IMG/VR virus record: IMGVR_UViG_3300016478_000116
Location: 1-28,455 of that record
Direction: 5' to 3' (one strand)
Source of the DNA: a virus
Taxonomy: Duplodnaviria > Caudoviricetes
Length of the DNA stretch: 28,455 bases
Position numbers and translations under genes: made by a program. Below are positions 1 to 8,772 of this stretch, one piece after another. The notes beneath the pieces are model-generated. The model had not been told where the DNA came from, made no database searches, and was given only the letters and a program-made list of their open reading frames with translations. Numbering within the stretch: position 1 is the first letter of the stretch; every line of letters starts with the position of its first letter.

Positions 1-695
1 CCGGCAGAGCCAGTAGCACCTGCAACGGACTTGGACAGGCTCTGCGCCTTCTCCAGAACGACTGTCTCACCATGGGACGTTGTGACGGTGATAGGGAAGG
101 TCAGCACCACACTGACCACTGAGCTACTCATTGCGGAGTGCTGGGCAACCGTAGCGGAGGTTCCGGAGTGAGTCACCGCGCCGGGGGTAATCGAAGCAGC
201 CACGGACAGCGTCGGAGACCCTACTTGGAACGTGCCAGGCCCGCTGCCGCCAGCCTGAAGTTCACTCGCGCCCTCGTAGACTTTGATCGTGGTCCCAGAC
301 CCTGTGTAGGAGGACACCGCGCCGGCCGAGGATGCTGGCAGAACGTGAGAGTCATTGCTCATTACTACTGACAGGGAGCTGGACAGACTTTCCGGAGTGC
401 AGGTGAACTCCGCAGAAGCCTCCAGGTGTTCTGGATCCAGGAGCGAGACCAGGGCGTACCTGACGTAATGAGCCACCCCTGGGGCAAGTCCTCGGATCTC
501 ACAGCTGAGTGAAGGCCCGTCAAAGGCTGGGGTCAGCGTCTGGTGGTTGTTGACATCGACCGGCGAGAACCCAGGGGTAAGGGACACCCATACCTTCATG
601 CCGACCAGATCGTCCCGAGGCGTGACCCCATCGTCCTCGTATGGCGTCGGCACGGACAGAAACACAGACCCAAACCCAGGGAGGATACTTACCAT
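1..695 (-). CDS. Tail fibre / tail-associated protein, N-terminal ~231 aa, runs off the window edge
   Basis: Not in the ORF track. Translated by hand from ATG at 695 with no stop before the edge: MVSILPGFGSVFLSVPTPYEDDGVTPRDDL...MSNDSHVLPASSAGAVSSYTGSGTTIKVYEG...SLSKSVAGATGSA. Beta-rich S/T/V/G composition; lies directly after the J-like gene. Confidence 0.75.
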   Translation of the reverse strand, partial: MVSILPGFGSVFLSVPTPYEDDGVTPRDDLVGMKVWVSLTPGFSPVDVNNHQTLTPAFDGPSLSCEIRGLAPGVAHYVRYALVSLLDPEHLEASAEFTCTPESLSSSLSVVMSNDSHVLPASSAGAVSSYTGSGTTIKVYEGASELQAGGSGPGTFQVGSPTLSVAASITPGAVTHSGTSATVAQHSAMSSSVVSVVLTFPITVTTSHGETVVLEKAQSLSKSVAGATGSA

Positions 696-758
696 CGAGT
701 AATGCTCACTTATCCCATTAACAACGCTGATATATCTAAATACCAGCGTATATATTTA

Positions 759-3700
759 TTAAACTAACGACTTAATGACTATAGAAGTCATCGCCGAAAC
801 AGGGCTTACATTACCACTTTTATCGACGACCCGGGCGGCGACTCTATATTTTATGCCGGTCGCCGATATAAGTGGCTTAGGGAACTCTTGCAGAGATAAA
901 GATGCTTTATCGGAAGTTCCAGAACTTTTGGCTACCAGTACGTCCGGATCACTCCAAATATCCACCGCCGGCGTCGATACCACGCCCTCTTTGGTGCCGG
1001 TGTCATCCCCCGCAGTGGCCCCGGACACAACTTTACCGACCCTGTACTCGATATGGCTGAAGTTATCCGGCTTTGCCGGAGTAACACAGTTCAACTCAAG
1101 GGACGCCCGAACCCTGGAAACTTTCACCGAGGTAACTTGGAACGGCAAAGTTGTTGAATAGGTGAGAGTCGCCGAGGTTTCGCTGTAATTACCGCGAGAG
1201 TCGTAAGCCCTGATGTACCAGGTCGTAGCAGCGGTTGTGCTCACACCGGCAAGAGACGCCTGGGAGGCAGCTCCTTTGTAGACGTAGCCGGCTCCGCCCC
1301 ACCCTGCATCAGAGGTCCTGACCTCGTAGCCGACGATCTTGAACGAGCCGGTAGCTGGCTCCAGCCAGTCAAGTAGGACGGTCTGAGACCCTGCCTTGAT
1401 CGATGTAACGGATACAGTTGGAGTAGCAACCACCCCTGGCTTAGCCACCGAGATGGTTACCAGCGTCGCCTCAGATTCCGCCCCGTGGGTGTCCACAACC
1501 CTGACCTCCACCGTCTCCTGTCCAGACCACGTAGGAGTGATCGTGGTAGAGCTGGCCTTCGAGGTTACGGTCTTCGAGCTTGCCCCGTTCCTGTAGGTGA
1601 CCTTGTAGTGCTTGAGACCCAGATGCGGATTTGTGTCCGGCCAGTCCACCAGGATGGTTCCTGCTGAAGACCCAAACGCATAGGTTGTGTCAGCCGGCGC
1701 CGCGGGCACTGGGTAGGAGAAAACAGTCGAGACGGCCGTAGATCGTTGGCCATAGGCGTCCAAGGCCGTCAGGTAATAGGTAGCGCCGGCCGTAGGCGGC
1801 TTCGCCACATTGAAAGTGGTCAGCGGGCCTCGATAGACGTGGCCAGCAGTTCCCCATCCGCTGTTGCTGGTTCTTACCTCGTACTCGACGACATCAGGCT
1901 CTGGGGACCGGGTCCAGGACAGTGTCAGGGCCGAACCAGAGAAAGACTGGGAAAGCCCGGAGACCGCTGCAGGTGGTTGCACCCCGTCGTTCACAATCAC
2001 CTTGGACACTGCCGAATAGTTCCTGGCGTTGTCGAACGCCCGCAGGTACCAGGTTGTCGCAGAGTTCATGGGAACAGCCGCAAACGAGGTCTTCAGGTCG
2101 ACGCCTTCATACAGCGCATCCCCGAGCCCCCAGTTCTCGTCGGACGACCTCAGCTCATACCCACGGATAGGCAAGGAGCCTTTCGCAGCGGCTGTCCACC
2201 CCAGGTACAACGTGCCCTTGTTCTTGGCTGCCGCGCCTATGGTGATAGATGCAGCCACTCCTGTAGTAACAGGAGGGGTGATGTCTACGGTAACCGCCAC
2301 CGGTTCAGACACGTTCTGGTTACGGTCCCTCACCGAGATCTGAAACTCCCGGGGCCCGAGCCAGGTAGCGGGAACTGTGGTCGAGTTCGACTTGATGTAG
2401 ACAGTGTCCGCGCCGTTCTGGAAGACATAGTCGGACAGGCCGAACGCCGGCTTGGACTGCGGCCATTTGATAACCACAGTGGGTTCGGCCCCTTTGCCAA
2501 AGGCGTGGGTCGGAGCTCCGATAGGTACCATCTCGTAGTCATATGAGACCGAGACGGCGTAGGAGTATTCCCAGAATTTGTCCAAGGCCTTGACGAAGAA
2601 CGTATAGGTCCCCGGCTCTTCCAGGCGGATGTCGAAGTAGGTGTTGGACCCATAGTAGAGTCTGGTGTCGTCAATCTCCCCCCAGTTGGCGTCTACGTTC
2701 CTTACCTCGTAGCGGACCTCTCCGCCGGTAGATACAGCGGCCTTCCACTTGATGCGGAGGTTCTGCCCGTTGGGCTTTGCAGTCAGGTTGGTAACCGGCT
2801 CAGGGCCTACGTTCTTCAGGATGTTCACGGCGTAGGCGGCCGTGGAATACGCACCGGCGACGTCGTAAGCCTTCAGGTAGTAGACGAGGTCTTCGTCCGG
2901 CAGCAGGCTGGCCAGCGTTGTCCTGTCCACCTCGCCTCGGTAGACCGCGCCTGGGCTACCCCACCCGCCGTCCGAAGTTCTCAGCTCATAGCCGGCCAGC
3001 GGGAGTGTGGTCCGCACGCCCTCAGTTGCCCAGCCAATCTCCACCGTCATCGCTTTGCGGGTGAAACTGATCAACTTCAGGGTGGCTGGGCCAGGTGTAC
3101 CTGGTGCCAGGCGCGTGGCTTCTACGCTCACAGGCGGAGACGCTGCGCCGGTGTTGTCGTAGCCAACCACGGTGATAACCGCTGTCCCTACCCAGTCGAG
3201 CTGCGCCCGCCACTCGGTGGCTCGGGTTACCAGCTTCTCCTCTGCAGCCGGCGCCGGCCGAGCCAAAGTCACTTCATAGCGGTCAACGCCGAAGAGTGAC
3301 TCAAGCTCTGGCCATCGGATCGGCAGGAGTCCGCTGGAAGCAGCAGCGTTGAAGCTGAAGTAAGGCGCAGCAGGGATAGCCGGCCCTACGTATTCAAAAG
3401 CGGCCTCCAGCGAAGACTGGCTGTACCTGCCCTCAGTGTCATAGGACCGGATGAAGTAGGTGCTAATGCCTATGCCGACGTCAGTGAGTTGGCAGGCAGC
3501 GACAGGCCCTCGGTGGACGTGCCCACCGGAGCCCCACCCGCTGTCCGACGTCCTCACTTCATACCCAGCGATTGGCAAGGTGGTCCGGCCATTGGCGCTC
3601 CAGCTGAGGCCCAGTACACCTACGTCAACAGGGTCGAAGTCGAACGCTGAGGGAGCCGCCGGAGGCAGGGATGTGACAGACACGCCGATCGAGTCAGAAG

Positions 3701-6380
3701 CCTGGCCGAAAGCATCCACAGCAGCGACAGCGACCGTGGCGCTACCCAGGAAATCCAGCGGCATCTCGTAGGTGGTCCCAGCCTGCAGCGCGGTGTAACT
3801 GCTACCGCCTGGCAGGGTCACGGATACCCGGTATTGGTAGACGGCGAAGTCTGCTGCCGGCTCCTCCCACGATAGGCGGGCTGTAGCAGCCACCAGGGAG
3901 GTGTCGTGGTAGGTGACAGTGACCAGTGGCGCTCCAGGCCTGGCCACAGCCAAATTGAGCGTCGCAGAGTTCTCCGAATAGTTCCCGCTGGTATCCACTG
4001 CCCTGACAAACAGGGTGCTGTCAGCGAAGGCCATGCTGCCAGGCTCGGCGGTGAAGCCGTTATTCGGGCCCCGGTAGGCAATCGCAGAAAGTTCTCCGTC
4101 GCCCCAGCCTGTATCGTCATAGCGGACCTCGTACTCCTTGAGGTCGATGTCTGCGACGTTTTCCCACAGGAGGCGCAGGCTGCCTCCGTCAGGCACCGAT
4201 CGGAACCCCGTGACGGTGGCAGGTGGTCGGGTCTTGCCCAATACTGTGTAGGTAAGAACGGCCGGAGTCGGTGACTCGACGCCCACAGAGCTCACGCCGT
4301 AGCACTCAACAACGTAGCTGGCGCCGTCAGTGACGTTAGGGATGTCGATCGAGCAGGTGACGATCCCTGAGTACACCGTCCAGTTGCCTCCGTCTGCCTC
4401 CCTCACGCACACGCGCCAGGTCACTGCGGTATCGTCAGATCTGTCCCAGGACAGAGACAGCTTCGTAGAGATACCCGAACCTGACTTGTACGGGTAGTCA
4501 GTCGCGGAAAGGCCAGTAACTTCGGAGGGGATCGAGCCAGGCCTGGCCACCTTCGGATCAAACGCAACCAGCCCGTTCTCGACCACGTCATATTTTCGTG
4601 GGTCATACGCGGCGCCGGTGATGCGATAGGTGGGGCCCTCCTCCTCTACAGCGCTGACGATTCGGAACAAGGACGGCTTTACGTCCTGGCTCGATAGAAC
4701 CCACATGGCGGCAGTGAGCGGGGCGGCCGTCAGAGGCACCGCAAGGTGGACAACCTGACCCGCCACCGACGCAACAGCCCTGCGCTCTACTGCGCCGCTA
4801 GGCAGAACTACGTCGAGGTGCCAGGTCTGGTCGGCGGAGAGCGACGCCGGAGGCTGGTCTAGGGTAACCTCCGAGACCGTCGCGGCCAGCACCCTGCCGC
4901 CATACCGTGCGCCGGCAGTGGCCGGGTCTGAGATGGCCACGACATCGCCAGGGCGGATGTCCATGTGGTCAATCCCGGCCCGGTAGGTGACAGTCTCGGT
5001 TTCGTAGCGCTCGCTGTAGAGCGCCCAAAGCCCAAGCCGGCGGGCCTGTCCCCTGGAGGTACAGCCAACTGCAGTGATGTCTAGCTGCTTCCAGCCGTAC
5101 TGCGCAACGCCTTCTGGGTCTTCCACGATCTCCGGCTGCTGCCGGTAGCGGTCTGCCGGGTCGTTCCAGGACACCGCGACGGCTGTGTGACGGTCTCGCA
5201 GGGAGGTTCCACTGTACTCAAACGCCCCATCTATCACGTTGGCCGGGGTTACCAGCTTGACCGGATCAGTGGGCATGTCAGCCACAGCTACTGCGGTGTT
5301 GGTCCCCCAGTAGGTCATACCACGGAAGACGCTGGCCAGCTGGCTAAGCGCAGACACCGCGTCAGACTGCGCCGAGATCACTGTGTTGATAGTGAACCTC
5401 GGCTCCATGCCGCCGTAGCCGTCTGGAACCAGCTCGTCACAGTACCTGCCGATCTGGTAGAGGGACCACTTGTCCACGTTCTCCAGCGCTGCGCCGAACC
5501 TGGTATTGGTGGCCAGGTCATAGAAGACCCAGGCAGGGTTGTCAGTCCAAGCCAGCTTGAACGTACCGTCCCATATGCCGGTGTAGGCGCGGGTCGTCGG
5601 GTCGTAGTTGGTAGGCACCCGGATGATGCGACCCTTAACGTCGTAGCTCCGCTCAGGTACCGAGTTCCCGAACTGCCTGGCATCGATCTGGATGCCTACC
5701 AAGGCGCTGTCTGGGTAGCTGAGTTTTACGTCGGTGATTTCGGTGTAGGTTGCCCAGAAAGTTGAGTTCTGCAGGCTGCTCTTTGTGCTATCGGCGGTAA
5801 TCCGGCGAACGCGGATGTCCCACGGACCTTCGCCCGGCAGGTCTACACGAGTCTGCCGCTCGTAGGCGCTTGAGGTCTTTCCGCTGATGGTGATGTACTT
5901 TGCGAGAACCCAGGCACCACCATACAGCATGATGTCGACGGCCAGCTTCACCGACGCCCCATTGATGTCGCCGGTGGTCTGGTTGGTGGACTGAAGCGCA
6001 GGGAGGCGGATCTTTATTCGGACAGCATCTACGTTCAGGTTCACAACCCGGCGGACAACTGGCTGGCTAACCTTAACCTCAGTTGAGACGTCGACCTCTG
6101 CCTCGACAGCTGGGAAGCCAGGTATGTGGGGCTGCTCAGGGTGACCAAGGCGCTCATAGACCTGGACACCTTTGAAGTTGTAGGTCATGTCAGCGTTCTG
6201 GAGAGGAGTGTCCTCCAGGTAAATAGAGCGGTGACCGTCGGCGAGGCCCTCGATAGGCCCCTCTCCAAGAAGGTCAACGATGCGGGCAGTAGCCGCTGAG
6301 CGCAGGCTGTCAGGGGCTTCGATAGGTGGCCGCTGCTCGTCTCCGCCGCCGCCCTTTGCGCCACGAATTTCACTGACCAT
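759..6380 (-). CDS. Central tail fibre / tail tip host-specificity protein (lambda gpJ-like) with a long FN3-like repeat array
   Basis: N-terminus has the gpJ hallmarks GAKGGG...EAPDSLRS, DLLGEGPIEGL and WDGTFKLAWTDNPAWVFYDL. It follows M-L-K-I. ATG at 6380 overlaps the gpI stop (TGATG); GTG at 6383 is an alternative start. Confidence 0.93.
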   Translation of the reverse strand: MVSEIRGAKGGGGDEQRPPIEAPDSLRSAATARIVDLLGEGPIEGLADGHRSIYLEDTPLQNADMTYNFKGVQVYERLGHPEQPHIPGFPAVEAEVDVSTEVKVSQPVVRRVVNLNVDAVRIKIRLPALQSTNQTTGDINGASVKLAVDIMLYGGAWVLAKYITISGKTSSAYERQTRVDLPGEGPWDIRVRRITADSTKSSLQNSTFWATYTEITDVKLSYPDSALVGIQIDARQFGNSVPERSYDVKGRIIRVPTNYDPTTRAYTGIWDGTFKLAWTDNPAWVFYDLATNTRFGAALENVDKWSLYQIGRYCDELVPDGYGGMEPRFTINTVISAQSDAVSALSQLASVFRGMTYWGTNTAVAVADMPTDPVKLVTPANVIDGAFEYSGTSLRDRHTAVAVSWNDPADRYRQQPEIVEDPEGVAQYGWKQLDITAVGCTSRGQARRLGLWALYSERYETETVTYRAGIDHMDIRPGDVVAISDPATAGARYGGRVLAATVSEVTLDQPPASLSADQTWHLDVVLPSGAVERRAVASVAGQVVHLAVPLTAAPLTAAMWVLSSQDVKPSLFRIVSAVEEEGPTYRITGAAYDPRKYDVVENGLVAFDPKVARPGSIPSEVTGLSATDYPYKSGSGISTKLSLSWDRSDDTAVTWRVCVREADGGNWTVYSGIVTCSIDIPNVTDGASYVVECYGVSSVGVESPTPAVLTYTVLGKTRPPATVTGFRSVPDGGSLRLLWENVADIDLKEYEVRYDDTGWGDGELSAIAYRGPNNGFTAEPGSMAFADSTLFVRAVDTSGNYSENSATLNLAVARPGAPLVTVTYHDTSLVAATARLSWEEPAADFAVYQYRVSVTLPGGSSYTALQAGTTYEMPLDFLGSATVAVAAVDAFGQASDSIGVSVTSLPPAAPSAFDFDPVDVGVLGLSWSANGRTTLPIAGYEVRTSDSGWGSGGHVHRGPVAACQLTDVGIGISTYFIRSYDTEGRYSQSSLEAAFEYVGPAIPAAPYFSFNAAASSGLLPIRWPELESLFGVDRYEVTLARPAPAAEEKLVTRATEWRAQLDWVGTAVITVVGYDNTGAASPPVSVEATRLAPGTPGPATLKLISFTRKAMTVEIGWATEGVRTTLPLAGYELRTSDGGWGSPGAVYRGEVDRTTLASLLPDEDLVYYLKAYDVAGAYSTAAYAVNILKNVGPEPVTNLTAKPNGQNLRIKWKAAVSTGGEVRYEVRNVDANWGEIDDTRLYYGSNTYFDIRLEEPGTYTFFVKALDKFWEYSYAVSVSYDYEMVPIGAPTHAFGKGAEPTVVIKWPQSKPAFGLSDYVFQNGADTVYIKSNSTTVPATWLGPREFQISVRDRNQNVSEPVAVTVDITPPVTTGVAASITIGAAAKNKGTLYLGWTAAAKGSLPIRGYELRSSDENWGLGDALYEGVDLKTSFAAVPMNSATTWYLRAFDNARNYSAVSKVIVNDGVQPPAAVSGLSQSFSGSALTLSWTRSPEPDVVEYEVRTSNSGWGTAGHVYRGPLTTFNVAKPPTAGATYYLTALDAYGQRSTAVSTVFSYPVPAAPADTTYAFGSSAGTILVDWPDTNPHLGLKHYKVTYRNGASSKTVTSKASSTTITPTWSGQETVEVRVVDTHGAESEATLVTISVAKPGVVATPTVSVTSIKAGSQTVLLDWLEPATGSFKIVGYEVRTSDAGWGGAGYVYKGAASQASLAGVSTTAATTWYIRAYDSRGNYSETSATLTYSTTLPFQVTSVKVSRVRASLELNCVTPAKPDNFSHIEYRVGKVVSGATAGDDTGTKEGVVSTPAVDIWSDPDVLVAKSSGTSDKASLSLQEFPKPLISATGIKYRVAARVVDKSGNVSPVSAMTSIVIKSLV

Positions 6381-6952
6381 CACACTTCCTCACTAGAAAT
6401 ACCGGCGCTGATTACTACCGATCCGACAAGCACCCTTCCGTAGATAACGGGAACGGGTAGCCCCTGGGTGCTGGTGTTTGTTGGCCCGTCGAAAAGAAAA
6501 GAGGGGCGCTTGTCAGCGGCCTCCCGGCTGCCGTAGTCAGATGACGGCACCTTGGTGGCCATCTGGACAATGCCCCCCGTTGTTATACCGACGCCCATTC
6601 CTCCTACTGCCATTGTCATGCCGGCTGTCCAGCCCAGCGGGTTCCACCAAGCCACTGCGATAAGAGCAATGCCGGCGATAACCTGGCCCACGCCATTACC
6701 GGCGCCGCCGACAGCGGGCAGGATGTGGATCTCGCCAGACGGATCCAGCACTGTGCTGAGTGACTCCTCTCCGAGGTCCACACCACGATCCAGCGGCCCG
6801 ACAATGACGTGCCAGCTGCCACCCGCCATGACTTCACGCAGGCCGGGAACCTGAGAGTCGACCGCCCTGATAGCCTCCGCGGCATCCCTGACGTCAAGAA
6901 AGAACGGGCCGCCGAACTTGGCCAGCTCACCGTGAAGATGGATAGCGGTCAT
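6380..6952 (-). CDS. Tail assembly protein (lambda gpI-like)
   Basis: IHLHGELAKFG...AAEAIRA, IHILPAVGGAG, a hydrophobic middle and FDGPTNTSTQGLPVPVIYGRVLVGSVVISAG. ATG at 6952 overlaps the upstream TGA (ATGA), so it is preferred to the track start at 6994. Confidence 0.92.
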   Translation of the reverse strand: MTAIHLHGELAKFGGPFFLDVRDAAEAIRAVDSQVPGLREVMAGGSWHVIVGPLDRGVDLGEESLSTVLDPSGEIHILPAVGGAGNGVGQVIAGIALIAVAWWNPLGWTAGMTMAVGGMGVGITTGGIVQMATKVPSSDYGSREAADKRPSFLFDGPTNTSTQGLPVPVIYGRVLVGSVVISAGISSEEV

Positions 6953-7668
6953 CTGGACTCGTGCCTCAGCCAGGTTGTGATGTAGGGCAGCCACCTGGTT
7001 ATCGGCTCCCTTCTGGAGAGCTGGGTGTTGTCTACTGGAGACCCACTGCCTGGGTGGTGCAGGATCAGCCCTGATTCGAGCAACACCCCTCCATGGTTAG
7101 GCACCGGTGACTTGATCTGAGCAAGCCACACGTCTCCGGGGGCAGCCTCCGTCTGAGGAATCACCCTGAAGTTTGCCGGGGCGAACCCTGTCCGGTAGAG
7201 ATCCTCTCCGGAGGTCCACCACTGCCAGTCCCTTGGGAACTCAGGCAGGACCTGAGAGAGTTCCTTCCAGTAGTAGTCCCTTATCAGGGAGTAGCAGTCG
7301 GTAACCCCGTGCCGGTAACCGCGACCCAGTAACGGCGGGGAATTACTCAGGTCCCCAAACCAGACTGGAGCTTCCGCAGTAACTCCATCAGTCCTCACAA
7401 TTCCCCACGGAACCCCGGAAGAGATCTGCCCCCGCATGTCAGCTGCGCTAGGGCAGGCCGGGAAATCCGGGTGACTGTGAACTACGGCGAGCAGGCCCTC
7501 CGCCGCGGCGGCGGCAGAGTCCTTGCCGGAGATGCAGAAGGTAGCCTCGGGGTCCTTGGCGATGTTACGCACCTTCCTGCAGCCGGCCTCGGTTATCAGC
7601 CAGACCGCTTCCCGTGGGTAGTCTGCTACAGCCTGGGATAGGATTTCCGGGTAGTAACCGGAGAACAT
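6949..7668 (-). CDS. Tail assembly protein (lambda gpK-like; JAB/Mov34 plus NlpC/P60 domains)
   Basis: JAMM motif YPREA...VHSHP...PSAAD; NlpC/P60 motifs DCYSLIRDYY and PNHGGV. ATG at 7668 overlaps the gpL stop (TGATG). Confidence 0.93.
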   Translation of the reverse strand: MFSGYYPEILSQAVADYPREAVWLITEAGCRKVRNIAKDPEATFCISGKDSAAAAAEGLLAVVHSHPDFPACPSAADMRGQISSGVPWGIVRTDGVTAEAPVWFGDLSNSPPLLGRGYRHGVTDCYSLIRDYYWKELSQVLPEFPRDWQWWTSGEDLYRTGFAPANFRVIPQTEAAPGDVWLAQIKSPVPNHGGVLLESGLILHHPGSGSPVDNTQLSRREPITRWLPYITTWLRHESR

Positions 7669-8369
7669 CAGGAAACCCTCCCTACTCCGGGGAACCCGTA
7701 GAACGGCAGAACCCCTGCCTCCCCGAACCTCAGCTTGCAGTCCGAGAGTCGCTTCCCGCATCGATCGCTGCCGGAAGTTGGCGTGCCGTCAGCCTCCCAC
7801 TCGCCGAAGCCGGCATATGGGCATGTGGCCGCGCTGTAGTCGTACGAGTCGCCAACCTTCCTTCGGTACTGGTGGCCGCATGTGTCACGGATGATTTGCC
7901 TGGCGGGAATCTGCCGCCCCTCCTGGTCCATTCCTACAGACAGCTCGAACTGAAGCATCTGTTTGGACTGCGATGCCTTTCGCTCGACCACGTAGTGGTC
8001 AACAGGGAAGGTCGCTGTCGTTGACGGGTCAAGTCCGTCGTCAAGGTGCTTTCGGTACGTGCGGATGCGGCGGACAGGGGCTCCGACAAGATCGCCGCTG
8101 GACAGGACCAAGGAGAGAAACGCCATATCCTGGGCCGTGACAGAAAGTGTGGGGCGCGGCAGGGTGCCCTTGCCGTCCCACTCGAAACCTTCGGCCTTGA
8201 TTGGCAGCGGGATGTAGGGCTCTCCGCCGAAGGTCACTACCGAGCCGTCAACCAACCCAGGGGCGAAGCGGACCAGCTGCGCCCCAAACATGGTTGCGTC
8301 GATCTCATACATGGTAACCACCGCATCCTGCTCAAGCCTCTGGATGCTGCTACTGAGCGGCTCTGGCAC
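7668..8369 (-). CDS. Minor tail protein L (lambda gpL-like)
   Basis: YIPLPIKAEGFEWDGKGTLPRPTLSV, RIRTYRKHLD, four C-terminal Cys (DTC, ATC, DRCGKRLSDC; the Fe-S ligands in gpL) and LPFYGFPG. GTG start with GGAGG upstream. Confidence 0.93.
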   Translation of the reverse strand: MPEPLSSSIQRLEQDAVVTMYEIDATMFGAQLVRFAPGLVDGSVVTFGGEPYIPLPIKAEGFEWDGKGTLPRPTLSVTAQDMAFLSLVLSSGDLVGAPVRRIRTYRKHLDDGLDPSTTATFPVDHYVVERKASQSKQMLQFELSVGMDQEGRQIPARQIIRDTCGHQYRRKVGDSYDYSAATCPYAGFGEWEADGTPTSGSDRCGKRLSDCKLRFGEAGVLPFYGFPGVGRVS

Positions 8370-8422
8370 CGTGACCTCCGATGAAAATTGGATCCCATAT
8401 TCCCATATTTACAGGTCAGGCG

Positions 8423-8770
8423 CTACGCTGGGTTGTGGTCCTGCCGGAACTTCACAGAGAGCGTGCTCCTGCCGAAGTCAGCGTCAGAGATACTCACCGA
8501 TTCGCACACTACTTTGACGTTTACCTTCTTCGTGGGGTGGTACCAGAGGAACGCCTTCCAGTTCAGCCTGGCCCGCAGCCACTCGTAGGCCATTGCAGCC
8601 TCCGCTGGATCAAGGCTGCTCCAGTTAGGGCCCCAGGAGTCAGTCACGTGGTTAAGGCCGTCTGGTCTGCGCAGCTCGTACCCATCTCCGAATGAAGACT
8701 TTAGAACCCTGGCCTGGGCTTCACTATCAAGTCCCCAGTCAGGGGCCCCGATGTCAGGGAAAATATCCAT
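8423..8770 (-). CDS. Distal tail protein (lambda gpM-like)
   Basis: FGDGYELRRPDGLN and AFLWYHP motifs; 115 aa; immediately after the tape measure gene. Confidence 0.92.
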   Translation of the reverse strand: MDIFPDIGAPDWGLDSEAQARVLKSSFGDGYELRRPDGLNHVTDSWGPNWSSLDPAEAAMAYEWLRARLNWKAFLWYHPTKKVNVKVVCESVSISDADFGRSTLSVKFRQDHNPA

Positions 8771-8772
8771 GA

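Noticed and set aside
759-4540. J repeats as a diversity-generating retroelement target or invertible cassette
   Set aside because: No near-identical nucleotide repeat pair differing at adenines, and no reverse transcriptase or invertase in the window.
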